A DNA stretch of 42,230 nt from Chloroflexota bacterium (GCA_963577415.1 CAUYYU010000002.1:1-42230); one strand, 5' to 3'. Shown: positions 1-10,084, counted from the first letter of the stretch. Numbers and translations: made by a program. Notes: a model not told the origin generated them from the sequence alone.

Positions 1-2
1 TG

Positions 3-734
<732 letters not shown>

Positions 735-837
735 CGGGGTGAGGCGGCAGAGGAACGAGTACTTCCCAGCGTCGGCCGACGTCATCATGGAAGACGGCAA
801 TTTTTGAGAAGCCGACCACCTCGCTAGGAGATTACGA

Positions 838-2394
838 GTGAGCAGGAAACGAATATCAATTTTTGCCGGCGCGATCGTGCTTGTGCGGCTACTAGCCGCG
901 GGAGCAATGGCGGCGTTCTCGTCCTCGAGCCGCGATGAGGCAATGCCGCCGCCAACCTTTGGCGGCCCAGATGAAGGCGCTCGCTTCGCTGAAGTGGAAA
1001 TGGAGTCGGCGACCGAAGCGTCAATGGCCGCACCGGAACCTTCCATGGCAATTTCCAGTGATGCGGCCGGAGCAATGGCAGTCCGGGGAGCGATGGCCGA
1101 GAAGGCCGCGGCAGCGCCGGCGGCGCTGGCGGCCGAGCCGGAGCTGATCGCCGAAGTCGCCCCACGGATCGAAAAATCATCCGCAACGCCAGCCTCAGCC
1201 TGATAGTGGCCGATCTCAATCTGGCTATCGAGCGGATCCAACAAATCGTGGCCGGAGCCGCCGGTGGATAAATCTCAAATTCCGATATCCGGGACCCGAA
1301 ATCCGGTCTGCCCACGACCCTGACCCTGCGGATTCCGAGCGCCTCGTTTGACCTGGTGATCGCGGAAGCGAAGTCGTTGGCGGCCGAGGTTTTGCGGGGC
1401 ACGATCAACAGCCGCGACGTGACCGAGGAATACACGGATATCAGTTCGCAGCTCCGGAACCTGGCGGCCACGGAGGCCCAGTACCTGCTGATTCTCACCG
1501 CGGTCGAAGACGTGGAAGACGTGCTCGCGGTACAGGACCGGCTGCGCTCCGTCAGGGGTGAAATTGAGCTCTTGTAGGGCCGGATAAACCTGCTGGATAA
1601 TCAGATCGATTTTTTGACGGTGACGGTGGTGCTGCACGCGCCGCCGGACTTATCAACTGAGATTGCGGCCGCCGGAGTCCCGTTTGCGAATTCTTCACAA
1701 ACGTATGTAGTCAGCTACCGCAACGATGGCAGTATCGAGGCGCGTGACGTGGTGCTGGTGCTCACGGTGCCGGAACGGATGGGATTCGACTGGGCCGACT
1801 TCGACGGTAAATATGATCCGGCGGCCCGTACCGTGACCTGGGCCCTGTCTGACCTGCCCCGGCGTTCGAGGCGGCCTCACCCTGAATCTGCGGGCCGAAT
1901 CGTCCGAGACATCTCTAGAGCCGGCGGTTCGCATCTCGACCGGCACCACCGAAACCGACCTGGATAACAATTCCAGCTCTACCACGATCACGTTTTTCGC
2001 TGACCTGTCGGTGAACGTGGAAATCCCTTCGGCGGTCGCCAGAGGAGATGACGCGAATCTAATCCTGAACTACCAGAATGGCGGCACCGGGCACGCCGAA
2101 GACGTCGTCCTGACGGTCGAGGCCGAAATTGCCGCCGCCGGCGCAGACAACCGAACTTACGACAACACCGATCAGGCTTTCCTGTCGGCGCTTGCCGAAG
2201 ATGTATCCGGGCGGACGGTCTGGAATCCCAGGGGAACCCTGGGTGACAGCCTTGACGCTCTGGGTGGCTTCGCCCAGGGAGCGGTGGACGTGCTGATCTG
2301 GGTAGTCACGTTCGGCGTGCCGGCGGCCGCAATCGCGAGCGTAGGCTACTTCGTCTTCAAGATTAGTCGCTGGCGGGGCCGCTCGACGGAGTAG
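838..2394 (+). pseudogene. DUF4349 + DUF11/CARDB-like repeat envelope protein, disrupted by 2 in-frame stops and 2 frameshifts
   Basis: Signal/TM N-terminus MSRKRISIFAGAIVLV is in frame 1. The DUF4349 core (RKIIRNASLSLIV, DVTEEYTDISSQLRNL, RGEIELL, LLDNQIDFLTVTVVL) is in frame 0 and is interrupted by TAA 1269-1271 and TAG 1575-1577. The repeat domains and C-terminal TM (VLIWVVTFGVPAAAIASVGYFVF) return to frame 1 after the C4 run at 1857-1860. Confidence 0.75.
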
Positions 2395-2527
2395 ACGAGG
2401 TTTGGTCACCCGGCCATTACGGTCGGGCGACCGGCCGGGCTAAGCGATTTGACGCTTCAGGGCCGTTCGCGGGTCCAGTTCGGGCCGCCTGAGCGGCGGC
2501 AAGAGCCACCGTCGGCGGCGCCGGTTA

Positions 2528-3193
2528 CTACTGTCCGGAACCCTCATCCGGGGTCTCGTCCGCGGCCTCGCCGCCCTCCTCAACCTCGGCGTCCACGTCG
2601 AGCAGACCTTCTTCGAGCTCATCTACCTCTTCCTCGAGGCGCTCGAGATGGACTACGGCTATCGGCGTTGCCGCCTCGTCAAGGAATTCGACTCCATCAA
2701 TTGGTTCCAGGTCCGCAACCCGATACGAATCGCCGGCCGATTCGAGCTCGCTGACATCGGCCACGATTTCCTGGGGAATGTTGTCGGGCAAGCACCGCAC
2801 CCGCACCTCATCCAATTCGTGGACTACGTAGACTCCGCTGATGGTGTCGGCCGGCGCGTCTCCAGCGAACTGGATGCCGACCGGGACCTCGATGGGCTGG
2901 GTCATGTCCACGTGCCGGAAAATTACGTGCTGCAGTCGCGAAGAGACCGGGTGGATGTCCACATCCTGAAGAAGGGACACTTCGGTGTCGCCGGACATTT
3001 TCAATTCAACCAGGCCACCCCGACCGAGTTTGCGCAGATGGGTGGCCATTTCGTGTTCGTCCAGTTGGAGCGGCACGGAATCCGAGCCGGGGACGACAAG
3101 ATTGGCGGGGATTACGCCGCTGCGGCGAAGTTGCCCCAGACGATTGCCGAATACGGTACGTGCCTGTGCGGTCAGAGATGGTCGGTCGGGCAT
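2528..3193 (-). CDS. rplY: 50S ribosomal protein L25 / general stress protein Ctc, with acidic C-terminal tail
   Basis: MPDRPSLTAQARTVFGNRLGQLRRSGVIPANLV... matches the L25/Ctc N-terminal domain. ATG at 3193 is preferred over the upstream Met of the 259-aa ORF. Stop is TAG followed by TAA. Confidence 0.85.
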   Translation of the reverse strand: MPDRPSLTAQARTVFGNRLGQLRRSGVIPANLVVPGSDSVPLQLDEHEMATHLRKLGRGGLVELKMSGDTEVSLLQDVDIHPVSSRLQHVIFRHVDMTQPIEVPVGIQFAGDAPADTISGVYVVHELDEVRVRCLPDNIPQEIVADVSELESAGDSYRVADLEPIDGVEFLDEAATPIAVVHLERLEEEVDELEEGLLDVDAEVEEGGEAADETPDEGSGQ

Positions 3194-3661
3194 GGTGCTC
3201 TTTGATTTGAGAGGGGGCCAATCCGTGGATGCCGGATCGTCCGGGGACGTGGTTGCCGGCGCGGGCTGGAGCGGGACGACCGCCAAGAAACACGCGCGAA
3301 CCTGCAAAGTCTAGTTACATTGGCTCGGGGTGGTCAACGGTTTGTGGGTCGGAGGTGGATAAGCGGGGAGCGGAGCGCGTCAGCCGGGAGGTACTTGGGT
3401 ATGCTAGTGAGCCAATATCGAGCCTGAAAGGATCGTACAAGTTGCCACCGCGGAGATCGGTATCGTTGAGCGCCCTATTTTCTGACGCCTGCAAGCGGCT
3501 AGATATCGCCACGGAACGCGCGATGGGCTGCGAGCGGGTGGGAACGACGCTCATTTTGCACATGACCCCCGACGAGAAGATTAATTTTGAACTCATCGAG
3601 GATGAAGAAACCGGCCAGATCGTCCTTGGAGAGCAGATAGAGGCGTAGGGTGGGACGGAAG

Positions 3662-4378
3662 CTACCGGGGAGCGAGGGTGGGGCGCCAGGGCTGGTATTG
3701 AGGCTGTTCGGGCTCCTCCAACATGCTCAGGGCCCGGTCGGAGACGCGTTCGACGATTAGATCGAAAACCCGCCGTCCATCCTCCGGGGACGACGACGTG
3801 GCCGGGTTCTCGCCCATGACTCCCTGTTCCTCGCCGGTGAGCTCGGATCGATAACGTTCAATGTTCACCAGTTCCGGAGCCACATGCCAGAGGAGACTCG
3901 TCTCCCAGCGGCCAGCGTGGTCACCCGTGTAACCCTGATCTTCAACCATCTCATATTCGGCGAGCACCCACGTTCTGACACCCACTTCCTCCGCGATCTG
4001 GTCGGCGTGGAATTTCAGGACCTCAACGTGGCGGTCGCCATAATGGCCGGTGATGATGACGATCAGGCGAAAGCCCTCGTTCGCTAGCTGGCCGACGTAG
4101 TCGCGAACGAGTCCCCCGACGGTGTCGGCGGACATTTCCAGGCAGTGGCGAAAGCCTCGATAAGGTTTCATGGTCTGGTAACCGGCGTACACGGGCGGAA
4201 GCGATACCGCGCCCATCCGTTCAGCGACGGCATCGGCGATGGCGCCTGCCTTAATGGAGTCCAGTCCGATGGCCAGATGGTGGCCGTGCCATTCGAGCGC
4301 ACCCCAAGGGATGATCGCGATTGGCTGTTTCTCCAAAACCGTCTCGATTTCGAGCGGCATCATTCTCTCGTATTTCAA
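3662..4378 (-). CDS. Creatininase-family amidohydrolase
   Basis: 238-aa ORF. WGALEWHGHHLAIGLD and ITGHYGD...GDHAGRWETS motifs are typical of the creatinine amidohydrolase family. Confidence 0.8.
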   Translation of the reverse strand: MKYERMMPLEIETVLEKQPIAIIPWGALEWHGHHLAIGLDSIKAGAIADAVAERMGAVSLPPVYAGYQTMKPYRGFRHCLEMSADTVGGLVRDYVGQLANEGFRLIVIITGHYGDRHVEVLKFHADQIAEEVGVRTWVLAEYEMVEDQGYTGDHAGRWETSLLWHVAPELVNIERYRSELTGEEQGVMGENPATSSSPEDGRRVFDLIVERVSDRALSMLEEPEQPQYQPWRPTLAPR

Positions 4379-4493
4379 CCGGTCCTCCTGCCGGACCCTG
4401 CTGGGGCGTCGGTTGGCAATACATTACAAAGTATGCCTGCGAAGGGGAAGCGGACAGGAGGATGGCGTCCGCGGGTGGGAGGTTACAGGGTAA

Positions 4494-4525
4494 AGCCGGG
4501 GACTCGTGAGGGCGAATCCCCGGCT
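4494..4525 (-). terminator. Hairpin downstream of cheW (putative intrinsic terminator)
   Basis: agccgggga (4494-4502) pairs with tccccggct (4517-4525), 9-bp GC-rich stem. The T tail on the minus strand is weak. Confidence 0.4.
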
Positions 4526-4546
4526 GGAAATTTAAGGGGCGGGAGT

Positions 4547-5011
4547 CTAGCCGGCGACGCCGGCGAGCATTGAATCCACCTCGACGCGTTCCTGTGCGCC
4601 AAGACCCTTTTCATAGTCGAGCAGGATCACGAGTCGGTCTTCCATCTTGGCGACGCCGGTGATGTACTCGGCAGAAATCGTCACCGAAAGCCGATCGACG
4701 GGCTCGATCTGCTCTTCGGTAAAAGTCAATACTTCACTTACGCTGTCGACAATGGCACCCACCAGCGAATCGGAGACGTTGAGCACCATGACGCGGGTGT
4801 CGTTGGTGGAATCTCGTTGTTCAATCTCAAATCGCTTGTGCAGATCGATCACGGGGATGGCGGTACCCCGGGGGTTGATAACGCCTTCCACGAACTCCGG
4901 CGAGTGCGGGACTTTGGTTATCTCGGGCAGGCGCAAAATCTCTCGGACGCTGCTGATGTCGATGGCGTAATGTTCGTCGGCGACTTGAAAAACTACTACT
5001 TACAGGTCCAT
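4547..5011 (-). pseudogene. cheW: CheW chemotaxis coupling protein with in-frame TAA at codon 4
   Basis: ATG at 5011 is preceded by GGAGGAG. Translation is MDL*VVVFQVADEHYAIDISSVREILRLPEITKVPHSPEFVEGVINPRGTAIPVIDL..., a canonical CheW fold sequence. The stop is at 5000-5002 (tta on the plus strand). The next in-frame start (TTG 4936) would remove the conserved N-terminal strands. Confidence 0.8.
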
Positions 5012-5162
5012 AACGGACGCTCCTCCATTCAAAAGCCGGTTTGCGGTCCGAAGATGGCCCTCGGCTACCGACGGTAACGGTGCTGAATAGTGAAGGAGAC
5101 GAATCTCCGCGAAAACATGGCAAATGCTACGGGAAGCCGGCGAGTTGCAACTGTGTCTGTGC

Positions 5163-6131
5163 TTACGTCGCCGGGATTTTAGGAGGCAAATCCTCGGACT
5201 CGGGCTGAGCAGCGGAACTAAAAAGATAGCCGACGCCGCGCCTGGTCTGAAGGTAATGAGGACGCGAGGGGTCTCGTTCAATTTTTCCTCGCAGGCGCGC
5301 TATGTTCACGCGCAGGGCCGCGATGTCATCCCGATACTCGGGGCCCCAGGCTGAAGCGAGCAGATTTCGGTATGAAATGGCTCGGTCTGGCCGGCGCAGG
5401 AGCCGGTCTAGCAATTGATACTCTCTAGGGTTCAAATCGATGCTGCTATCTCGCACCGTGACTTCGCGGCTGGCCGGGACCAGCTTGATGTCGCCACAAA
5501 ACAGCTCGTCCGGCTCCGCGGAGTCGGCGATGGTCTGGGAGCGCCGGAGAACGGCCCGAATTCAGGCCATGAGTTCCCTGGTACTGAACGGCTTGGGGAG
5601 ATAGTCGTCCGCGCCGGCGTCAAGCCATTCCACTTGATCCTGTGGACTGCCGCGGGCCGTGAGCATGATTATGGGCACGGCCGAATGTCTGCAAATCCGC
5701 CGGCAAGCCTCGGCGGTGGTGGCGGCGGCCACCTCCGGCTCGGCGCCGCCGGCGCCGTCATCGAGAAGCGAAGCCAGGTCGTCGTCCGTCAGTTCCAGCG
5801 GTTCGATCTTGTCATCGTCGGCCTCTGCTGATAGCTCTTTCAGGATGTCCATCTCCGGTTCGGTAACGACCTCTTCGGGCGGAGTCTCTATTTCCGTGCT
5901 ATAGGATTCGATATCTTCGAGAGCGTCGGTGACGGGAGTTTCCTCCGCGGAAATCGGGGTCACTTCCTCTTCGGGATCGCCTATGGAACTGGAATCCTCC
6001 TCGGCTGGCTGATCTTCAGCTGCCGTCAACGCGGGCTCAGCCGCCTCCAGCACCTCCTCCTCCGGCTCTCCAGCGTCGCCGGCACTCTCCGGGTCTTGCC
6101 CCGCCTCTTTCAGAAGAATCTTTGGTCTCAT
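5163..6131 (-). pseudogene. OmpR/PhoB-type response regulator with in-frame TGA and an acidic insertion in the receiver domain
   Basis: MRPKILL... [10 protein letters not shown]...[28 protein letters not shown]...LNPREYQLLDRLL...YLQTRRGVGYLF. The TGA at 5562-5564 sits where the family has a conserved Arg (ARIRAVLRR). The ORFs at 5562-6164 and 5163-5456 share one frame. Confidence 0.75.
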
Positions 6132-6510
6132 CTTCGTCTGGCTTCGCGAACGCGGCGACAACATCGCCGGCGAACAGAGCGTCCAGCTGATCCTGAGTCA
6201 TCGTAGCTCCGAGTGATTCCGGCTCCTCGGGTTCCGCGGTCTCAGTTTCTGCCGCGCCAGATTCGGCCCCGGCGGCGGACTCGGCGTCAGATTGAGCCGC
6301 CTGCACGTTTTCCTCCGCGGTCGGCACGCCGATATCAAGGTAATCCTGCCCCTCGGTCGGGTCGTCCGGTTCGGAGAACTTGGCGAACTCAGACAGGAAC
6401 GACTCGATTTCCTGCTCATCCTGTGGGGAGAGTTGCGCTTGCTGTTCCTCGGGTGAGGATTCTGCTTCCTCATCCTAGGGGGCTGGTTGTGCTTGGGTTT
6501 CGTCCGTCAT
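6037..6510 (-). pseudogene. Acidic low-complexity ORF with in-frame TAG at codon 12; overlaps or merges into the response-regulator frame
   Basis: ATG 6510 gives MTDETQAQPAP*DEEAESSPEEQQ...[27 protein letters not shown], with TAG at 6475-6477. The acidic composition continues in the RR frame after about 6130, which suggests either a frameshifted N-terminal extension or an overlapping gene. Confidence 0.35.
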
Positions 6511-6692
6511 GCTGGGTACTCGGGTTAGCCGCCGATTTGGTGGTCGCTCTTATCCGGTCACTGCAATCGGAAAACGCGGGGAGTCTACAGGCGTATTCTC
6601 GGTCGAATCCGGGCCCGCCTGAACTATGTCATGTCGTGACCGCCCCCGACGCGCGCTTCGTCTGTGGAGTCTCCCACGTCCTGCTGAGAATA

Positions 6693-7679
6693 CTACCGGG
6701 GTCGAGGTCGCCCGGAATGTTCGCGCCGTTCGAAGCCCTTATCCAGTATCCACAGGCTAATGCTGAAGACCGCCAGCAGGGCCAGCAGGGCTAGTACGGA
6801 CCCCCACCCTTCGTGGCCGATGGCCCACGTCACCAGAGCCACCCCTCCCCAGGCCGCGCCAATAACCCCGAACACCAGAAGCGGGAAAACGGAAAGTATC
6901 GCGGTGATCACGTAACCAGCCGGATATTGGGAATCCAAGGATTCGTCGAACCTGAAAGTCCTCCGGGCCGTCCGATCGATTTGATATGCGCCGGCAAACC
7001 ACAACACCGCGAGCACCAGCGGAGCTCCGACAAACGCCGCTGACTTCAGGCTCACCTCAGCGACGACGATCGAATCAGGCGCCGGCACGGGGAGAAAAGG
7101 AGCGTCGAGGGCGAGCACTCGCGTCATGAATTCGCCATCAAGGAAGGCGAACCCCACCCTCCACAGGACGAAAATCGCCACAACCCAGATGGCCGCCCCG
7201 GCAAGACGGTAGGCCGGTGAGAGGCGAAAACTGTCCCAGCCGGAAAGGGTAGGCTGCGGCCGATTTCGGGATAAAGAGTCCGGCCATATCTCTGGAGCGA
7301 TGGTGGGGCCGGATGTTGGTGGTCCGCTCCGGGGCAAAAGATCGGTCGTCGGCACGCGGGCGGGCGACATCAACTCGGTAAGCGGGTCCGCGGACTCGAT
7401 GCGGTCAGATTTCACCGAAGCCGGATCGGAACAAGATTCGGGCTGGTCGGGGAGCGCGCTGGGGGCAGTCGGGCCGGGAGCGACGTGCCGCTTCTGACGC
7501 AGAACGCGATCCAAGGAGTCGTCCTCAGGAAAGCGAGCGTCGTCGGGATCGCCGACCGTCTCGCCAGCGGCTTCCTCCGGGTCCGGGTTGCTAGTCAGGG
7601 CGATTGACTCCAAGTGAGCACCGTTCCGCATCATATTACCGGCGCCCGGTCGGCGCCGGGGGGGGGAAATTGATCTCAT
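6693..7679 (-). CDS. Hypothetical polytopic membrane protein with disordered N-terminal region
   Basis: 328-aa ORF. The C-terminal half has several hydrophobic helices (AAIWVVAIFVLW, APLVLAVLWFAGAY, ILSVFPLLVFGVIGAAWGGVALVTWAI, VLALLALLAVFSISLWIL). The start is uncertain; Met at 7634 is also possible. Confidence 0.5.
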   Translation of the reverse strand: MRSISPPRRRPGAGNMMRNGAHLESIALTSNPDPEEAAGETVGDPDDARFPEDDSLDRVLRQKRHVAPGPTAPSALPDQPESCSDPASVKSDRIESADPLTELMSPARVPTTDLLPRSGPPTSGPTIAPEIWPDSLSRNRPQPTLSGWDSFRLSPAYRLAGAAIWVVAIFVLWRVGFAFLDGEFMTRVLALDAPFLPVPAPDSIVVAEVSLKSAAFVGAPLVLAVLWFAGAYQIDRTARRTFRFDESLDSQYPAGYVITAILSVFPLLVFGVIGAAWGGVALVTWAIGHEGWGSVLALLALLAVFSISLWILDKGFERREHSGRPRPR

Positions 7680-7843
7680 GCGCGGCCAGGTGGTGCGCCA
7701 GGCCTCGTCCAGCGTCCCACGTCAGCGCGATAGAAACGGGCTTCGCTGATATACTCCCCTGTCGTCGCCACTCCCGCCATTTACCAGACACCAGAGCGGG
7801 GGGCGCCCGACGCGCCAGAACCACAGTTCCCGGAGTACCACGC

Positions 7844-8284
7844 TTGCTGAGAATTCGCCTCGCCCGTAGGGGCCGGAAGAAAAGACCCTCCTATCGGATC
7901 GTAGTTATTCCTTCTCGCGCCGGCCGGGACGGACGGTACGTCGACGATTTGGGTCACTACGATCCCCTGTCGGACCCAAGCGGGATTCAGATTGATGTGG
8001 AAAAGGCCCGGACGTGGGTGCAGCACGGGGCGCAGCCAAGCGATCGGGTGTGGAAACTGCTAGAGGTCGCGGAACCGGGATTTCGGGATGGGTTGAAGCA
8101 GGGGAAGGCCGGGTCCGGGACGGCCGCGTCAAAGGCGGCGAGCCCGGCGGGCCAAGCCAGCAGCGATGCCCCGGCCAAGGCGCAGAGCAAGGCCAAGGCG
8201 AAATCGAAGGCCAAAGCGAAGAGCAAGGCCAAAGCGAAGTCCAAATCTACAGCTAAGAGCGGCAGCAAGGCGAAGGCCAAGTAG
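7844..8284 (+). CDS. rpsP: 30S ribosomal protein S16 with Lys/Ala-rich C-terminal extension
   Basis: TTG 7844 lies 9 nt after GGAG. (M)LRIRLARRGRKKRPSYRIVVIPSRAGRDGRYVDDLGHYDPL matches the S16 N-terminus. The tail is AKAQSKAKAKSKAKAKSKAKAKSKS... Confidence 0.85.
   Translation: MLRIRLARRGRKKRPSYRIVVIPSRAGRDGRYVDDLGHYDPLSDPSGIQIDVEKARTWVQHGAQPSDRVWKLLEVAEPGFRDGLKQGKAGSGTAASKAASPAGQASSDAPAKAQSKAKAKSKAKAKSKAKAKSKSTAKSGSKAKAK
8189..8242 (+). repeat. 3 x 18-bp tandem repeat encoding KAKAKS inside the rpsP tail
   Basis: Units are aaggccaaggcgaaatcg, aaggccaaagcgaagagc and aaggccaaagcgaagtcc. Confidence 0.7.
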
Positions 8285-8331
8285 CAGCCGTCCCGGGCAG
8301 CGGCGTTGATTCCGCTCGGCCGGCGAGAGGG

Positions 8332-8574
8332 GTGAACGTGGACGAATTAATTGAATTTATCGGCAGACATCTTGTTGTGCATCGCGAACGCGTGGCGGTC
8401 GAGCGCATCGACCGCGGTCCGGTGACCGTGTACGAGCTCTCGGTGGACTCGCGGGACATGGGCCGCGTGATCGGGCGGCAAGGCCGCATGGCCACCGCGA
8501 TACGGACGCTGATGCGGGCCGCGCCGGTCGGGCAGGAAAGACGATGTGTCCTCGAAATAGTCGAAGCGGATTAG
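8332..8574 (+). CDS. KH-domain RNA-binding protein (YlqC/UPF0109 family)
   Basis: 80-aa ORF with DMGRVIGRQGRMATAIRTLM (GxxG KH motif), in the conserved position between rpsP and rimM. Confidence 0.8.
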   Translation: MNVDELIEFIGRHLVVHRERVAVERIDRGPVTVYELSVDSRDMGRVIGRQGRMATAIRTLMRAAPVGQERRCVLEIVEAD

Positions 8575-9086
8575 ATTCGCCAGACTCGCGTTTTGGGGCG
8601 ATCGCGACGATTCGCGGCGCGTTTGGCCTCCACGGGTGGGTGCATTTGGAACTGGCAACCGATGTACTCAGCCTCCTGGAGCCCGGTCAGCGGGTATTCG
8701 CCGGTGACGAACTCGACGAGCGGCGGATTCTAGAGTTCGCCTCCACGGGTAAGCCTCGCCTCCTGATCTCCGGCTGCACTTCTCGGGAGGAGGCGCGATT
8801 GCTGAACGGGACCGTGCTCTACGTTGACCGGGCGGAGGCAATGTCGCATCTGGATGGACGCTATTTTCAGTTCCAGATCGAGGGGCTGAAAGTGCAGACT
8901 GAAGCGGGGGAGCAGCTGGGCACGGTGACCGGAATCGTGCAAACCCCCGCAAACGATGTGTACGAGGTGACGGGACCGTTGGGGGAGATCCTGATTCCGG
9001 TGGTGGACGGGGTGATTCGCGGTATTGACCTTGAGGCGGGCAAAATCATCGTTGACCTGCCGGCGGGACTGCTGGCGGAGGATTGA
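8544..9086 (+). CDS. rimM: 16S rRNA processing protein RimM
   Basis: IATIRGAFGLHGWVHLE, ...YFQFQIEGLKV... and a PRC-barrel-like C-terminus, with conserved synteny. The start is uncertain, because ATG 8544 overlaps the KH gene by 31 nt. Confidence 0.8.
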   Translation: MCPRNSRSGLDSPDSRFGAIATIRGAFGLHGWVHLELATDVLSLLEPGQRVFAGDELDERRILEFASTGKPRLLISGCTSREEARLLNGTVLYVDRAEAMSHLDGRYFQFQIEGLKVQTEAGEQLGTVTGIVQTPANDVYEVTGPLGEILIPVVDGVIRGIDLEAGKIIVDLPAGLLAED

Positions 9087-9854
9087 GTGAGCGCTTCACT
9101 GCGCATCGACATCTTGACGCTGTTTCCAGACATGTTCGCCAACGTCTTTGACCACGGCGTGATCGGGCGGGCGCTGGGAAATGGAATCGTGGAGATGGGA
9201 TTTCACGATATCCGGGACCATGCCCATGATCGCCATCGTACGGTGGACGATTCCGCCTTCGGCGGGGGACCGGGAATGGTGATGAAGCCCGAGCCCCTGG
9301 CCGAGGTGATTGCGGCGGTCCGAAAGGCAGATTCTCGAGTGGTGCTGATGAGCCCACAGGGACCGCTGTTCGATCACGCGGCGGCATCGCGGCTGGCGCG
9401 GCTGCCACGGTTGGTGCTCGTCTGCGGACGCTACGAGGGAGTCGATGAGCGTGTCCGCGAAGCGTACGTGGATGAGGAACTCTCGATTGGAGACTACGTG
9501 CTTACCGGCGGCGAGCTGGCGGCGATGGTGGTCACCGAGGCAGTTGCCCGATTGGTGCCCGGGGTAGTGGGCAAGGAAGAGTCACTTGTGTCGGAATCGC
9601 ACGCCACAGGCCTGCTGGAACATCCCCACTACACCAGGCCTCGTGTCTTCGCGGACATCGAAGTACCGGAGATATTATTGTCCGGAAACCACGGCGAGGT
9701 GGAGAAGTGGCGGCGGCTCGAATCGCTCCGACGCACCCTGCTGCGGAGGCCGGATCTCTTGCGGGCCGAGCCGCTAGACGACGACGAGTGGAGCTGGTTG
9801 CTACGCGAGGAACCGGCCGCCGCGAAATTATTCTTGAAAGATGAGCGCCGGTAG
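9087..9854 (+). CDS. trmD: tRNA (guanine37-N1)-methyltransferase TrmD
   Basis: GTG start abuts the rimM stop. Motifs are [40 protein letters not shown] and [12 protein letters not shown]. Confidence 0.9.
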   Translation: MSASLRIDILTLFPDMFANVFDHGVIGRALGNGIVEMGFHDIRDHAHDRHRTVDDSAFGGGPGMVMKPEPLAEVIAAVRKADSRVVLMSPQGPLFDHAAASRLARLPRLVLVCGRYEGVDERVREAYVDEELSIGDYVLTGGELAAMVVTEAVARLVPGVVGKEESLVSESHATGLLEHPHYTRPRVFADIEVPEILLSGNHGEVEKWRRLESLRRTLLRRPDLLRAEPLDDDEWSWLLREEPAAAKLFLKDERR

Positions 9855-9899
9855 ACTGAGCCTAGCTCATAGTGGCGGGCCCGTACGGTCGCCAGCAAG

Positions 9900-9923
9900 A
9901 AGCGCCGGCCCGGGCCGGCGCTT
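9900..9923 (+). terminator. GC-rich palindrome downstream of trmD (possible terminator)
   Basis: aagcgccggcc-cg-ggccggcgctt. No T tract follows on the plus strand, so function is uncertain. Confidence 0.35.
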
Positions 9924-10084
9924 GTAAAAAGAGCGGGTAACGATCAAAATTGCAGTTCGGTCTCGACCCTTACTCGATCAGACGCCCAAGAGCGGCTTCA
10001 GGACCGGCGAGGACGACCACGGCCCCAGGTCAGTGGCACACGTAGATTATTTCAGCTAGCGAATTTCAGGGAAAGGCACTTTTA

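Noticed and set aside
1140-1175. The frame change at the gaaaaatc stretch, and the ones at 1857 and 19545, might be programmed ribosomal frameshifts.
   Set aside because: There is no X XXY YYZ slippery heptamer in the correct frame and no obvious downstream stimulatory structure. The affected genes also contain nonsense codons. Homopolymer indels, whether true mutations or consensus errors, are the simpler explanation.
5562-5564. The in-frame TGA in the response regulator might encode selenocysteine.
   Set aside because: It aligns with a conserved linker Arg (ARIRAVLRR), not a redox Cys. No SECIS-like hairpin is evident downstream. CGA to TGA is a simple transition.
8544-8574. The 31-nt overlap of rimM with the KH-domain gene might be unusual.
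   Set aside because: It most likely reflects uncertainty in the rimM start codon rather than a biological feature.
9925-10084. I looked for a CIRCE (HrcA) or HAIR (HspR) operator upstream of groL.
   Set aside because: No TTAGCACTC-N9-GAGTGCTAA or CTTGAGT-N7-ACTCAAG match is present, only unrelated partial strings.
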